Below are positions 55,445 through 64,000 of a stretch of DNA of 64,000 nt, one piece after another. Both the position numbers and the translations under genes were made by a program. The stretch's first letter is position 1; the number at the start of each line of letters is the position of its first letter. The stretch is from the NCBI GenBank assembly GCA_964406095.1, contig CAYOQJ010000057.1:1342-65341 (forward strand), written 5' to 3'. A model generated the notes under the pieces. That model worked only from the letters and a program-made list of their open reading frames with translations. It ran no database searches and was not told the DNA's origin. Source of the stretch: an uncultured Lentisphaeraceae bacterium (GTDB lineage Bacteria; Verrucomicrobiota; Kiritimatiellia; RFP12; UBA1067).

Positions 55445-57374
55445 AAGTCGTTTCGTGGCACTGGCCGCAATTTCAGCTTTGTTTGCCATGACGAGCATGG
55501 CTCGCCAGCCGAATCTGGTGATCTTTCTGGTTGATGACATGGGCTGGATGGATTGTGGCGTATATGGATCAAAGTATTATGAAACTCCCAATATCGACAG
55601 GCTGGCTAAGCAGTCGATGCGCTTTACAGACGCTTACGCTGTGCCTCTCTGTTCGCCGACGCGTGCGTCGATTCTGACCGGACAATATTCGGCACGTCAC
55701 CGCATCACCAGTGCCACCGGTCATCGTCCGCCAGCCAAAGAGGGCGTATCGCCATATCCTTCCAAGGTGCGACCGACGCAAAAACTGATCTATGCCGACA
55801 GTAAAAACTATCTGGATTTGAGTTTCACTACACTGCCGGAAATCCTGAAAGCGGCTGGTTACCGAACCGGACACTTCGGTAAATGGCATCTGGGACTGAT
55901 GGCCGAGCATCGGCCGGACAGGCACGGCTTTGAAACCACCTGGGGCTGCGCACCCGATCCCGGCCCACCCAGCTATTTTTCGCCTTACAATGTTTCACCG
56001 AACGGAGTGCCGTCGGGTCAGCACCGTGTTGGCAATATCACCGACGGTCCTGAGGGAGAGCATATTGCCGACCGTTTGACCGATGAGGCGGTTAAATTTA
56101 TCAAGGCGCATAAAAACGAACCCTTCTATCTGAATCTGTGGCAGTATTCGGTGCATGGTCCCTGGCAGCATAAAGAGGAATATACCGCTGAATTCGCCCG
56201 CAAAAAAGATCCAACTGGACGGCAGGGCAACCCGGTGATGGCATCAATGCTGCGTAGTATGGATGAGAGCTTGGGACGCATTCTGCAAACACTCGATGAG
56301 CTGAAGCTGACCGATAATACCCTTTTTATTTTTATGTCCGACAATGGCGGTAATACCCATAGCTGGAAAGCTGATGATCGCAGAATCGCGAATATAAAAG
56401 AAGACCACAAGCTTTACGACACGGTTATGAGCTATCGTAAATGGGCCGGAGACCAGCCACCAACCTGCAACGCGCCTTTGCGCGAGGGCAAAGGGCGTAT
56501 CTATGAAGGCGGGCAACGCGTGCCTCTGATGGTGCGTTGGCCGGGACGTATCAAACCGCAGACAACCAGTGATGTCGTGGTGGGAGCTATTGATATTTAT
56601 CCGACGGTGCTTGAAGCCCTTGAACTTGAAAAACCTGCCGAGCATATTGTGGATGGCCTCTCTTTTCTTGCGGTGCTCGAAGGCAGGGGCACTCTCCAGC
56701 GTGAAGCATATTTCACCTGGTTCCCACACCTCATCCCTGCGGTCTCGGTGCGTGCCGGCGACTGGAAGCTGATTCGACGTTGGGAGTCACATCCTTCATA
56801 CCCTGAACTTTACGAACTCTACAACCTGAAAGATGATATCGGTGAGAGTGAAAATCTTGCTGCCGTAATGCCTGAGAAGGTGCAGGAGCTGAATGTTCTG
56901 ATTGAGAAGTTTATCAAGGATACCGGAGCACTGGCTCCTAAACCCAATCCAGTTTACAAAGGAGCGGTGCTGGATGCCGGGCTGGTACCTAAGTCATGTA
57001 CCGCCGAGGTTGTGCCCGGTGCCTATCGCGTGAAAGCCGATGGACAGGGGGAGCCTTTTATTGGCAATGCCCAGGTCAGATTCAGCGGAGCGATCAAATT
57101 CAATCTGCGGGCGCGCAGCGAACAGGGCGGCAAGATTGTTCTGCGCTGGATAAATATGAACGGCGAGGCCGGTTTTACAGATAATCCCTCCGTAACCCTG
57201 CAGCTGCCAGCCGGCAACCAGTGGCACGACCTGGAAGCTGAAATTCCGGTCGACGGAGTTTCGCGTATTATTCGGCTCTATCTGCCCGCCGACAAATCGC
57301 CGGTTGAGATCGAATCACTCCGTTTCAGCTCAGAGTCGGGAGAGGTCAAAGCCTGGTCGTTTAAAGAGTCGTGA
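55428..57374 (+). CDS. Formylglycine-dependent sulfatase with an extra C-terminal domain of about 130 aa
   Basis: Start at ATG 55428 (MSSMNKSRFVALAAISALFAMTSMA), overlapping the upstream gene by 17 nt. Motifs: NLVIFLVDDMGWMD and active site VPLCSPTRASILTGQ. Confidence 0.85.
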   Translation: MSSMNKSRFVALAAISALFAMTSMARQPNLVIFLVDDMGWMDCGVYGSKYYETPNIDRLAKQSMRFTDAYAVPLCSPTRASILTGQYSARHRITSATGHRPPAKEGVSPYPSKVRPTQKLIYADSKNYLDLSFTTLPEILKAAGYRTGHFGKWHLGLMAEHRPDRHGFETTWGCAPDPGPPSYFSPYNVSPNGVPSGQHRVGNITDGPEGEHIADRLTDEAVKFIKAHKNEPFYLNLWQYSVHGPWQHKEEYTAEFARKKDPTGRQGNPVMASMLRSMDESLGRILQTLDELKLTDNTLFIFMSDNGGNTHSWKADDRRIANIKEDHKLYDTVMSYRKWAGDQPPTCNAPLREGKGRIYEGGQRVPLMVRWPGRIKPQTTSDVVVGAIDIYPTVLEALELEKPAEHIVDGLSFLAVLEGRGTLQREAYFTWFPHLIPAVSVRAGDWKLIRRWESHPSYPELYELYNLKDDIGESENLAAVMPEKVQELNVLIEKFIKDTGALAPKPNPVYKGAVLDAGLVPKSCTAEVVPGAYRVKADGQGEPFIGNAQVRFSGAIKFNLRARSEQGGKIVLRWINMNGEAGFTDNPSVTLQLPAGNQWHDLEAEIPVDGVSRIIRLYLPADKSPVEIESLRFSSESGEVKAWSFKES

Positions 57375-58489
57375 GTATTTTTCAAAACAGATTGCTGCCG
57401 CAGGAGAAAGTTGTGCAAGTTTGTCGGAAAGATTTCAACAGGAAAAGCAGCCGGCCTGGCGAAGGGTTGCGGTTTTTCAGCCTGAGACTGATGCTGCTTT
57501 GCGCGGTTTTTCTAACCGTTGCGTTCTCGGCCGGGCAGAGACGCCCGTTGGTTGTGGCCGCCTGGAATGTCGAAAACCTTTTCGATACGCTTGATGATCC
57601 CGACTGCGAGGGAGATGATCCCTACTCTCCCGGCGGATGGGTACATTGGTCAGAGAACAGATACAACGGCAAAATCGAGCGGCTTGCCGATGTAATCGCC
57701 GGTATCAAACCGGATATCCTCTGTCTCTCCGAGGTTGAAAACAAGCGTGTTCTGCTTGACCTTACCACTCGGCTGCAAAAAAACCATAATCTTGATATCG
57801 GGCATATAGTTCATCGTGACGGCGAGGATTTTCGTGGTATCGATGTGGCAGTTATCGCCCGGTTTGAGCCGAAAAAGAAATGCTGGTTCAATGCTGTCAG
57901 CGGCCAGCGCGATATCCTGGCATGCACCTTTGAAATTGACAGTCGCGAGCTTACGGTTGTCGCGAATCACTGGAAATCCAAACTGGGCAACAGTGCACGC
58001 AGCGATGCGATCAGAGAGCGTCAGGCGCGTTCGGTGAGAGAGTATCTGAAGCGTGAACTGGCAGTTGATCCAGGGGCGGCCATTTTGGTCGCTGGTGATT
58101 TCAACTCCGACTTCAACTCAACTTGCCTTACCGAATCCGCCGGGTTTTTGACCAGCCTGGAGGAGTTGCGCAAACCATCCAATGCCTCCAAACTCTACAA
58201 TCTGGCTGCGGAACTCGCTAGTGATGAGAGAGGAACCTATTATTATGTAAGGGCCCGGCGGTGGAACTCCTTCGATTCTATCAGTGTAACCCGCGGCATG
58301 GTTGGGATAGATCTGCTCGCTCCATGGCGGGTACGTGATGGCTCATATACAGTTTACAAACCGGAGCAGATAACTTTCAGGGATGTTGGCACCCCATTGC
58401 CGTATCGTCGTATACGAAGTAAAAAGTATGGTGACCGTTTTGTTGAGGGCTATTCCGATCATTTCGCGGTTTTTGTAGTGCTGGAATAA
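57371..58489 (+). CDS. Endonuclease/exonuclease/phosphatase (EEP) family protein, probably secreted
   Basis: The GTG start overlaps the sulfatase stop (GTGA). The true start may be TTG 57467 or ATG 57491 (MLLCAVFLTVAFSAG). EEP pattern: VVAAWNVENLFD, ILCLSEVEN, ANHWKS, GDFNSD, SDHF. Confidence 0.7.
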   Translation: MSIFQNRLLPQEKVVQVCRKDFNRKSSRPGEGLRFFSLRLMLLCAVFLTVAFSAGQRRPLVVAAWNVENLFDTLDDPDCEGDDPYSPGGWVHWSENRYNGKIERLADVIAGIKPDILCLSEVENKRVLLDLTTRLQKNHNLDIGHIVHRDGEDFRGIDVAVIARFEPKKKCWFNAVSGQRDILACTFEIDSRELTVVANHWKSKLGNSARSDAIRERQARSVREYLKRELAVDPGAAILVAGDFNSDFNSTCLTESAGFLTSLEELRKPSNASKLYNLAAELASDERGTYYYVRARRWNSFDSISVTRGMVGIDLLAPWRVRDGSYTVYKPEQITFRDVGTPLPYRRIRSKKYGDRFVEGYSDHFAVFVVLE

Positions 58490-58589
58490 CTGAACTCGCC
58501 GATAAAATGCCATCGTGTAAGGCTTCGCGTTAATTCGGTTAGTCAGATGCAATGAATTTATAAATTAAGTTGGAAACAGGGAAACGGAT

Positions 58590-60431
58590 TTGAAAAAAGA
58601 TTTTTTAACAGCCATCATGGACAAACCTCTCGTTTTTGATGGTGCAATGGGTACCATGATCTACGCCAAAGGTGTTTTTATCAACACCTGTTACGAGCAT
58701 CTGTGTGTGAGCAATCCCGAATTGATATTCGAAATTCATTCGCAGTATGTCGATGCTGGCGCAGATGTTATCGAGACCAACTCTTACGGCGCCAACCGCC
58801 TGCAGTTAAAGGGTTACGGTCTGGGTGAGCAGGTGCGCGAGATAAATCTGACGGCTGTCGATCTGGCCCGCCGGGCAGCCGGCACCGATTGTTTTGTGGC
58901 CGGATCGGTTGGCCAGGTCGGAGCCGCTGTCGACCATTTTACAGTGCAACAGCTGGATGACCTGCGTGAAATATACCGTGAACAGATCAGGGCTCTGGTT
59001 GAAGGCGGTGTGGATCTGATTATGCTGGAAACCTTTCAGAATTCGGCGAATGGCATACTGGCGGCCGAGGTCGCCGCCGATTTCAATCTTCCTGTTGTGG
59101 CCTCATTTGCATTTGGTGCCGACAAATTGACGCCTGCTGCCGAGAGTGTCTCCCTTGTGTATGCCGAGCTCGAGCGGGTTGACTGTGTAGACATTGCCGG
59201 TATCAATTGCGGCGGAGGTGCGGCCACACTGCTTGCCAATTTCGAAGAGGCCCTCAAATACACCCGCAAGCCCTTTGTCGTCATGCCCAATGCCGGTCTG
59301 CCGCAGACGGTGCATGGACGTACGATCTACATGTCCAATCCCGAATATTTTACCGAATACTGCAAAAACTTCATAAAAATGGGGGCTCGCGGTGTGGGCG
59401 GTTGCTGTGGCACGACCCCTGAATATATCGCCACCATGGCGCGAGCGATCAAAGGTTTGAGCGAGGTTAAACACCACATTCACGTTGCTGCCGTGCAACC
59501 TGAAAAGGATGATTGCCCGGTTGAAATTACACCGCTGGCGGGAAAAAGCCGCATGGGTGCGAAACTGGCCGCAGGCGAGAGTGTCAGCAGCATTGAGATA
59601 ACACCACCCAGATCAATTGATTTAAGTGTGATGCTGAACAAGGCGCGTCAATGTCGCGATGCCGGAGTTGATGTGATCAATATACCCGACGGACCGCGCG
59701 CCAGTGCTCGAATATCACCGATGATTGCCGCCATTGAAATTGAACGCCAAGTCGGAATAGAAACCGTGTTGCACTATTGTTGCCGCGACCGTAATCTGAT
59801 CGGCATGCAGTCGGATCTTCTTGGTGGAGCAGGGGCCGGTCTGCGCAACTATCTGATTGTAACTGGAGATCCACCCAAGTTGGGTGATTATCCCGATGCG
59901 ACCGCAGTATTCGATGTGGATGCCGTCGGCCTTACACAGGTTGTGATGAATCTGAATCGCGGTCGTGATGTAGGCGGCAACCCGATTGACCCGCCTACCT
60001 CGATTCTCTGTGGTATCGGGGCCAATCCCAATGCGATTGACCTGGAGCATGAGATTGAGCACTATCACAATAAAATTCGGGCGGGAGCCGAGTTTGCCAT
60101 CACCCAGCCGGTCTTTGACGCGGATGCCTTTCTGCGCTTTGTGGATAGTGTTTCAAAATTTGAACGCACGATTCCGGTAATTGCCGGTGTCTGGCCGCTG
60201 GTTTCTTATCGCAACGCTGAGTTTATGCGTACGGAGGTGCCTGGGGTTTTTGTGCCCGACTGGGTGCTGGAGCGTATGGCACTGGCCGACACAAAAGAGG
60301 ATGCCCGCAGAATCGGCATTGAAATAGCTTACAAAATCTGTGCGGTTATTGAAGATGCCGTTGCCGGTTATCAGGTTAGTGCCCCTTTTGGCAATATCGA
60401 GCTGGCGTTGCAGGTGCTTGAACTGAATTGA
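58590..60431 (+). CDS. Bifunctional homocysteine S-methyltransferase / 5,10-methylenetetrahydrofolate reductase (YitJ-like fusion)
   Basis: 613 aa with a TTG start. Hcy-binding domain: VFDGAMGTMIY, ETNSYGAN, INCGGG, GGCCGTTPEYI. MTHFR domain: SIEITPPRS, INIPDGPRASARISP, TGDPPKLGDYP. Confidence 0.85.
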   Translation: MKKDFLTAIMDKPLVFDGAMGTMIYAKGVFINTCYEHLCVSNPELIFEIHSQYVDAGADVIETNSYGANRLQLKGYGLGEQVREINLTAVDLARRAAGTDCFVAGSVGQVGAAVDHFTVQQLDDLREIYREQIRALVEGGVDLIMLETFQNSANGILAAEVAADFNLPVVASFAFGADKLTPAAESVSLVYAELERVDCVDIAGINCGGGAATLLANFEEALKYTRKPFVVMPNAGLPQTVHGRTIYMSNPEYFTEYCKNFIKMGARGVGGCCGTTPEYIATMARAIKGLSEVKHHIHVAAVQPEKDDCPVEITPLAGKSRMGAKLAAGESVSSIEITPPRSIDLSVMLNKARQCRDAGVDVINIPDGPRASARISPMIAAIEIERQVGIETVLHYCCRDRNLIGMQSDLLGGAGAGLRNYLIVTGDPPKLGDYPDATAVFDVDAVGLTQVVMNLNRGRDVGGNPIDPPTSILCGIGANPNAIDLEHEIEHYHNKIRAGAEFAITQPVFDADAFLRFVDSVSKFERTIPVIAGVWPLVSYRNAEFMRTEVPGVFVPDWVLERMALADTKEDARRIGIEIAYKICAVIEDAVAGYQVSAPFGNIELALQVLELN

Positions 60432-60433
60432 CC

Positions 60434-62173
60434 TCAGAGGAAAGCACCGAAATCTGCTACAGCTATATCTTTCGCGCCAAGACGTCGTGCTTCCCGGCAA
60501 AGATCTTTGTCGTTGCTGACCAGCAAAACGGCAGCGTCGGCATCGACACTTTTCAGAAAGCGAATCTGATCGATCAGCACTTTGTCCGCACGATGTTCTC
60601 CTTCGCCGCCTGAGTAAATCACACGGACATTTGGGGAGGGGTTGCTGTCGCTGCGGGTGGCTCCGTCAAAAAGTGTTATCGCACGCATGGCTGGATTCGG
60701 GTGTGTTATCCGCACCACATCAGAAACCAGCTTCTCGCGTTTTTCTCTGTCGGGCACAGCCTTGCCGCGCGGCGGCATGTAACGTGCCTGAAGTCCGAAG
60801 AGCACATTGTGCCCATCCAGCAGCAGAACAGCTAGCATTTTTCCAGCCAGAGCACGACCCAGCAGGGCCAGTGCATCATGACGTTTTTCCATATCAGGAT
60901 CAACCGCTACCCCCAGAGCTTCAATTGCGCCGAAGCGCTTGCTCAGCTCTTGATTGAGTGTTTTCACAGCACTTCGATCCAGTAGCTGTAGTGAGTTAAG
61001 TTCCTTCAGCAATGTTTTCAGTCGGGGCAGAAGTTCCTCCGGAACCGAATGAATCTGGTTGAGCAGAATTCTTTCAAGCGGAGATAGTTCAGATTCAATG
61101 TTCAATTGCATCTGTAAATGGTGGATTTCGTCGTTGAGCTGCGCGAGTGCGAGTTTGAGTTCGGGTGCCTGACGAATGGCATTTTTCAAGGTGTTTTCAA
61201 CCTTTTGTCTGAGTGATGTAAGATTCTCCAGACGCTCCTCAAGTTTCAGTCGGTTGCCGCTGTGCCGATCGATCGCCGCCTGTATCTTCAAGGCTGCGCG
61301 TGCGCGTTTCGCCACATCTTGAGCATCAACCGGGCCAAGCGCTGTCGCTTCCAGTGATCGTGCTTCGGCTAGCCAACCGTGAAATTCTCGGGCCAGACGC
61401 AGATCGAGGGCCGCCTGCAGACGCTGTTCACGGCGGGTTGTTTCCCGTTGCAGTTCTTTTTTCACATCCTCCAGTTCTCTGTGGTAGCGGCGCAGTTCAC
61501 TCTGTTTTGATTTAAGTTTTGCTTCCAGCGATTTGATCTGTTCGGTGGCTTTTGTCAGCAGAGTTTCGCTGCGGCGTCGTTTGTCGTCAACCCCTTTAAG
61601 ACGCCGATTCTCCGTCTGCAGGGCTTTGATGCGCTGACCAAGTTTTTCACGCTGTTCCTCACGACTCTCTCTGGTCGGTGGGGGCGTTGCGCTTTTTTCG
61701 GCACCGAGCAATTCGAAGATATCGCTGAAGAGTTCAGTAAGTTCACTCAAAGCAGCTTGCGGAGCGGGTGTGGCAAAATGCGGAGTGCGTTCAAGCCACT
61801 TCTCAGCTTTGTCCCGTAACTCGGTCCGCGGATCCAGCAGTGCCGCCGTCAAAAAAGTTCCGTCACCCAGCAGTGCCGCCCAGGCCGACGCGGTGGCGGC
61901 AATGGTCTCGACAGACAGATGTGTCAGCAGAGTTGCAGAACGGGAATGAGCAGCCAGAACGTTTCTTGTTAAACCGGATATTTTTGATGACCCCAGCACA
62001 ATCTGTTCGAGTCGCTTGCGTAGTAGCTCCGGTTTGCGTGAGCGGAAGCCGCCCGTTTTGAAAGCCGGTTCTGTGGCCAGTAGTCTGGTTAATTCCTGTT
62101 GCGAGATACGTCCAATAATACGGAGCAGCTCATCGCGGCATGGCTGATTTAATTCTTTTGTGCAGATAGACAT
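60434..62173 (-). CDS. Coiled-coil protein with a C-terminal NYN/YacP-like (PIN-related) ribonuclease domain
   Basis: 579 aa. The last 150 aa or so (AVLLLDGHNVLFGL...ITLFDGATRS...VRVIYSGGEGEHRADKVLIDQI...LLVSNDKDLCREARRLGAKDIAVADFGAFL) match the YacP/NYN pattern. Residues about 170-400 are heptad-rich (E/K/R/L/Q). Confidence 0.6.
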   Translation of the reverse strand: MSICTKELNQPCRDELLRIIGRISQQELTRLLATEPAFKTGGFRSRKPELLRKRLEQIVLGSSKISGLTRNVLAAHSRSATLLTHLSVETIAATASAWAALLGDGTFLTAALLDPRTELRDKAEKWLERTPHFATPAPQAALSELTELFSDIFELLGAEKSATPPPTRESREEQREKLGQRIKALQTENRRLKGVDDKRRRSETLLTKATEQIKSLEAKLKSKQSELRRYHRELEDVKKELQRETTRREQRLQAALDLRLAREFHGWLAEARSLEATALGPVDAQDVAKRARAALKIQAAIDRHSGNRLKLEERLENLTSLRQKVENTLKNAIRQAPELKLALAQLNDEIHHLQMQLNIESELSPLERILLNQIHSVPEELLPRLKTLLKELNSLQLLDRSAVKTLNQELSKRFGAIEALGVAVDPDMEKRHDALALLGRALAGKMLAVLLLDGHNVLFGLQARYMPPRGKAVPDREKREKLVSDVVRITHPNPAMRAITLFDGATRSDSNPSPNVRVIYSGGEGEHRADKVLIDQIRFLKSVDADAAVLLVSNDKDLCREARRLGAKDIAVADFGAFL

Positions 62174-62231
62174 AATTTAAGTAAGCGTTTATATTTGTTG
62201 AGCGAAGGCATACTTGGGGTTATCAGTAGCT

Positions 62232-63383
62232 TTACTGATATTGTTGGCGGTATGCGCGTGGCGTAATTCCCTCGGTTTTCTTGAAAAGATTGCACAGATA
62301 CTGTGCATGGCACAAACCAGTGCATTCAGCAATCTCCCGCATGGTGAGTTCCGTCGTGGCAAGCAGTGATTTCACAGCATTCAGACGCGTTCTATGAAGC
62401 TCGCTGTAAACGGTGCGGTGGAAATTTTCCAAAAAAAGACGATCCAAAGTGCTGCGTGAAACTCCGGAGTGATCGGCAATTTCGTTGATGCCGATACTGC
62501 GCTCCAAATTCTGCTTGATGTAGGTGACGGCATTACGGACGGCAGGTATGTCAATCGCGGTGTAATCGGTACTGCGTCGCAGACTGATTCCTTTGGGTGG
62601 TATCAGTCGCGGTCTGACGGGTGCTCTGGCACCCTTTATCAGCTTGTCCAGCATGGCGGCCGCCTCGTAACCGACGCGTGTCAGATCATGAATTATGCTG
62701 GAAAGAGGAACCGGCTGATTGAGACAGATCAGCTCGTTATTGTCGACACCGAGAATGGCCACATGCTCCGGAACTTCAATATTGGAGTTGCGACAGACGT
62801 AAAGGATGTTGGAAGCATCATAATCATTGTAAGCGAAAACAGCCAGCGGTTGAGGGGCATTTTTCAGTTTTGACTCCAGCCAAACGCTTAGATCTTTCCA
62901 ACTGTCGAGATTGCTGTATGTCTGCTGTTCCCATACCCATTCAAATGGTGCGGGCAGACCGAGTTTTATGCAGCGTTCTTTGAAACCATCATAACGCATA
63001 CGTGCTATAGGGGTGTTGACTCTGGAGAACCAGGCGGTATGTCTGTAACCCCGTTCGGCAAAATGATCGGCTGCGATGTTGCCGATCATGCGGCTGTGTC
63101 CACAGACACGCGAAAGTTTTATTTCGGGGTGATAAAGGCCCATGTCAACTACAGGCATTGTCAGACCATTTATGTATTCAGCAAGATCGGCACGTTTGTT
63201 AAATACGGTAAGAACCCCGTCGCCCTGCCATCCACGTGGAATAGAAGCGCGTTCATCAATTGTAAGATGCCAATTGTGCTCAAGCGCGTAACGTCCGATA
63301 CCCTCTCTGATATGATGGTCGTACCATTCCATCAGAATGAGAATATTCGCCTGTAGAATTTTTTGTTTCTTTTTTACGGCCAT
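62232..63383 (-). CDS. XylR-like transcriptional regulator (periplasmic-binding-protein-type sugar sensor domain plus AraC-type HTH)
   Basis: Start at ATG 63383 (MAVKKKQKILQANILILMEWYDHH). The C-terminal AraC HTH is INEIADHSGVSRSTLDRLF...MREIAECTGLCHAQYLCNLFKKTEGITPRAYR. Confidence 0.8.
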   Translation of the reverse strand: MAVKKKQKILQANILILMEWYDHHIREGIGRYALEHNWHLTIDERASIPRGWQGDGVLTVFNKRADLAEYINGLTMPVVDMGLYHPEIKLSRVCGHSRMIGNIAADHFAERGYRHTAWFSRVNTPIARMRYDGFKERCIKLGLPAPFEWVWEQQTYSNLDSWKDLSVWLESKLKNAPQPLAVFAYNDYDASNILYVCRNSNIEVPEHVAILGVDNNELICLNQPVPLSSIIHDLTRVGYEAAAMLDKLIKGARAPVRPRLIPPKGISLRRSTDYTAIDIPAVRNAVTYIKQNLERSIGINEIADHSGVSRSTLDRLFLENFHRTVYSELHRTRLNAVKSLLATTELTMREIAECTGLCHAQYLCNLFKKTEGITPRAYRQQYQ

Positions 63384-63492
63384 GATGAAATTATGCACCA
63401 GAATTATGATAAATTGCAATTTCATTTTTTGTAAATCTGTTTTAAAATACCCGTGTTTTCAAATTAACCCCCTTACAATAGGAGAGCAAGCA

Positions 63493-64000
63493 ATGATTAC
63501 ACGTCGTCGATTTATGAACAGAACAATCGCTGCGGGCGGTGCCCTGGGTTTTCCAGCTATCATCCCATCATCGGTCTTAGGTGCAGATGCGCCCAGCAAC
63601 ACAATTCAGGTCGGGCAGATAGGGTTTGGACGGATTGCCAAAACCATGGATGTGCCCGGAATCATAAAGTGTAAAGGTGTGCGGATTGTGGCTGTCTCCG
63701 ATCTTGATCGCGGACGTCTGGAGGTGGGCAGAAAGGTTATCGATGAAAGTTATGCACGTAAAAAACAACCCGGCGACGTGCGAACCCATGCCGATTACCG
63801 CGAAATCATCGCGAGGGACGATATTGATGCTGTGGCAATTTCAACGCCGGATCATTGGCACAGTCAGCCCGCCGTCGAGGCGGCTTTCGCCAACAAGGAT
63901 GTCTACATGCAGAAGCCGGCATCATTGACAATCAGCGAAGGACGTTTTTTCAGTGATGCGATTACCCTTAACAAACGTATCTTTCTTCTGGGTTCTCAGC
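63493..64000 (+). CDS. Tat-exported Gfo/Idh/MocA-family oxidoreductase (5' part; runs off the window edge)
   Basis: Absent from the ORF track because it is truncated. From ATG 63493 it reads MITRRRFMNRTIAAGGALGFPAIIPSSVLGA (a twin-arginine leader), then IQVGQIGFGRIAKTM...VAVSDLD...DAVAISTPDHWH...DVYMQKP (Rossmann fold and the EKP-like motif). Confidence 0.75.
   Translation, partial: MITRRRFMNRTIAAGGALGFPAIIPSSVLGADAPSNTIQVGQIGFGRIAKTMDVPGIIKCKGVRIVAVSDLDRGRLEVGRKVIDESYARKKQPGDVRTHADYREIIARDDIDAVAISTPDHWHSQPAVEAAFANKDVYMQKPASLTISEGRFFSDAITLNKRIFLLGSQ

Noticed and set aside
58490-58589. A possible S-box/SAM riboswitch upstream of the YitJ-like methyltransferase/MTHFR fusion, as in Bacillus yitJ.
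   Set aside because: The leader is only about 100 nt, and I could not find conserved S-box helices or the characteristic GA-rich kink-turn core by eye. An Infernal scan would be needed to be certain.
1-64000. CRISPR arrays, tandem repeats, insertion sequences and rRNA genes.
   Set aside because: Reading the intergenic regions turned up no periodic direct repeats, transposase-like ORFs or rRNA-like sequence. Only short inverted repeats were found, and these are listed as features.

Overview
The window looks like a chromosomal segment from a marine polysaccharide-degrading bacterium with roughly 50% GC by eye. The gene content suggests the PVC group (Kiritimatiellota, Lentisphaerota or Verrucomicrobiota), but that placement is inference only. 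Nearly the whole window is coding. I found no rRNA, CRISPR array, transposase or integrase, and only one tRNA, tRNA-Leu(UAA). The content falls into five groups. (1) 1-8394, minus strand: an operon-like row of a PilZ-fused HasA/NodC-like family-2 glycosyltransferase, a membrane-anchored protein with a degenerate NodB fold, a roughly 1430-aa TPR / NodB-fold / beta-barrel protein, and a PAS sensor. I read this as a c-di-GMP-gated, synthase-dependent exopolysaccharide secretion module whose architecture differs from Pga, Bcs, Pel and Alg, and it is my best candidate for an undescribed system. (2) 8.6-34.7 kb and 54-58.5 kb: a sulfated-glycan degradation arsenal. It holds six formylglycine-type sulfatases (several fused to LamG or HEAT modules), a duplicated FAD-oxidoreductase-HEAT protein, two pectate-lyase-fold proteins, a DUF4091/GH123-like giant protein and a GH29 fucosidase. 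Two NirJ/Ahb-type radical-SAM/SPASM genes are embedded in it. (3) A complete speA-speB-carboxy(nor)spermidine dehydrogenase-nspC polyamine operon. (4) A minus-strand row of E1-alpha, E1-beta, GT2, PQQ-like propeller and TilS genes that lacks an E2 component. (5) Housekeeping genes: rny-ymdB-xseA-xseB-PPIase, a homocysteine methyltransferase/MTHFR fusion and ldhA. A coiled-coil NYN/YacP protein and an XylR-like regulator next to a Tat-exported Gfo/Idh/MocA oxidoreductase complete the window. All functional calls rest on motifs I recognised in the supplied translations; no database search was run.
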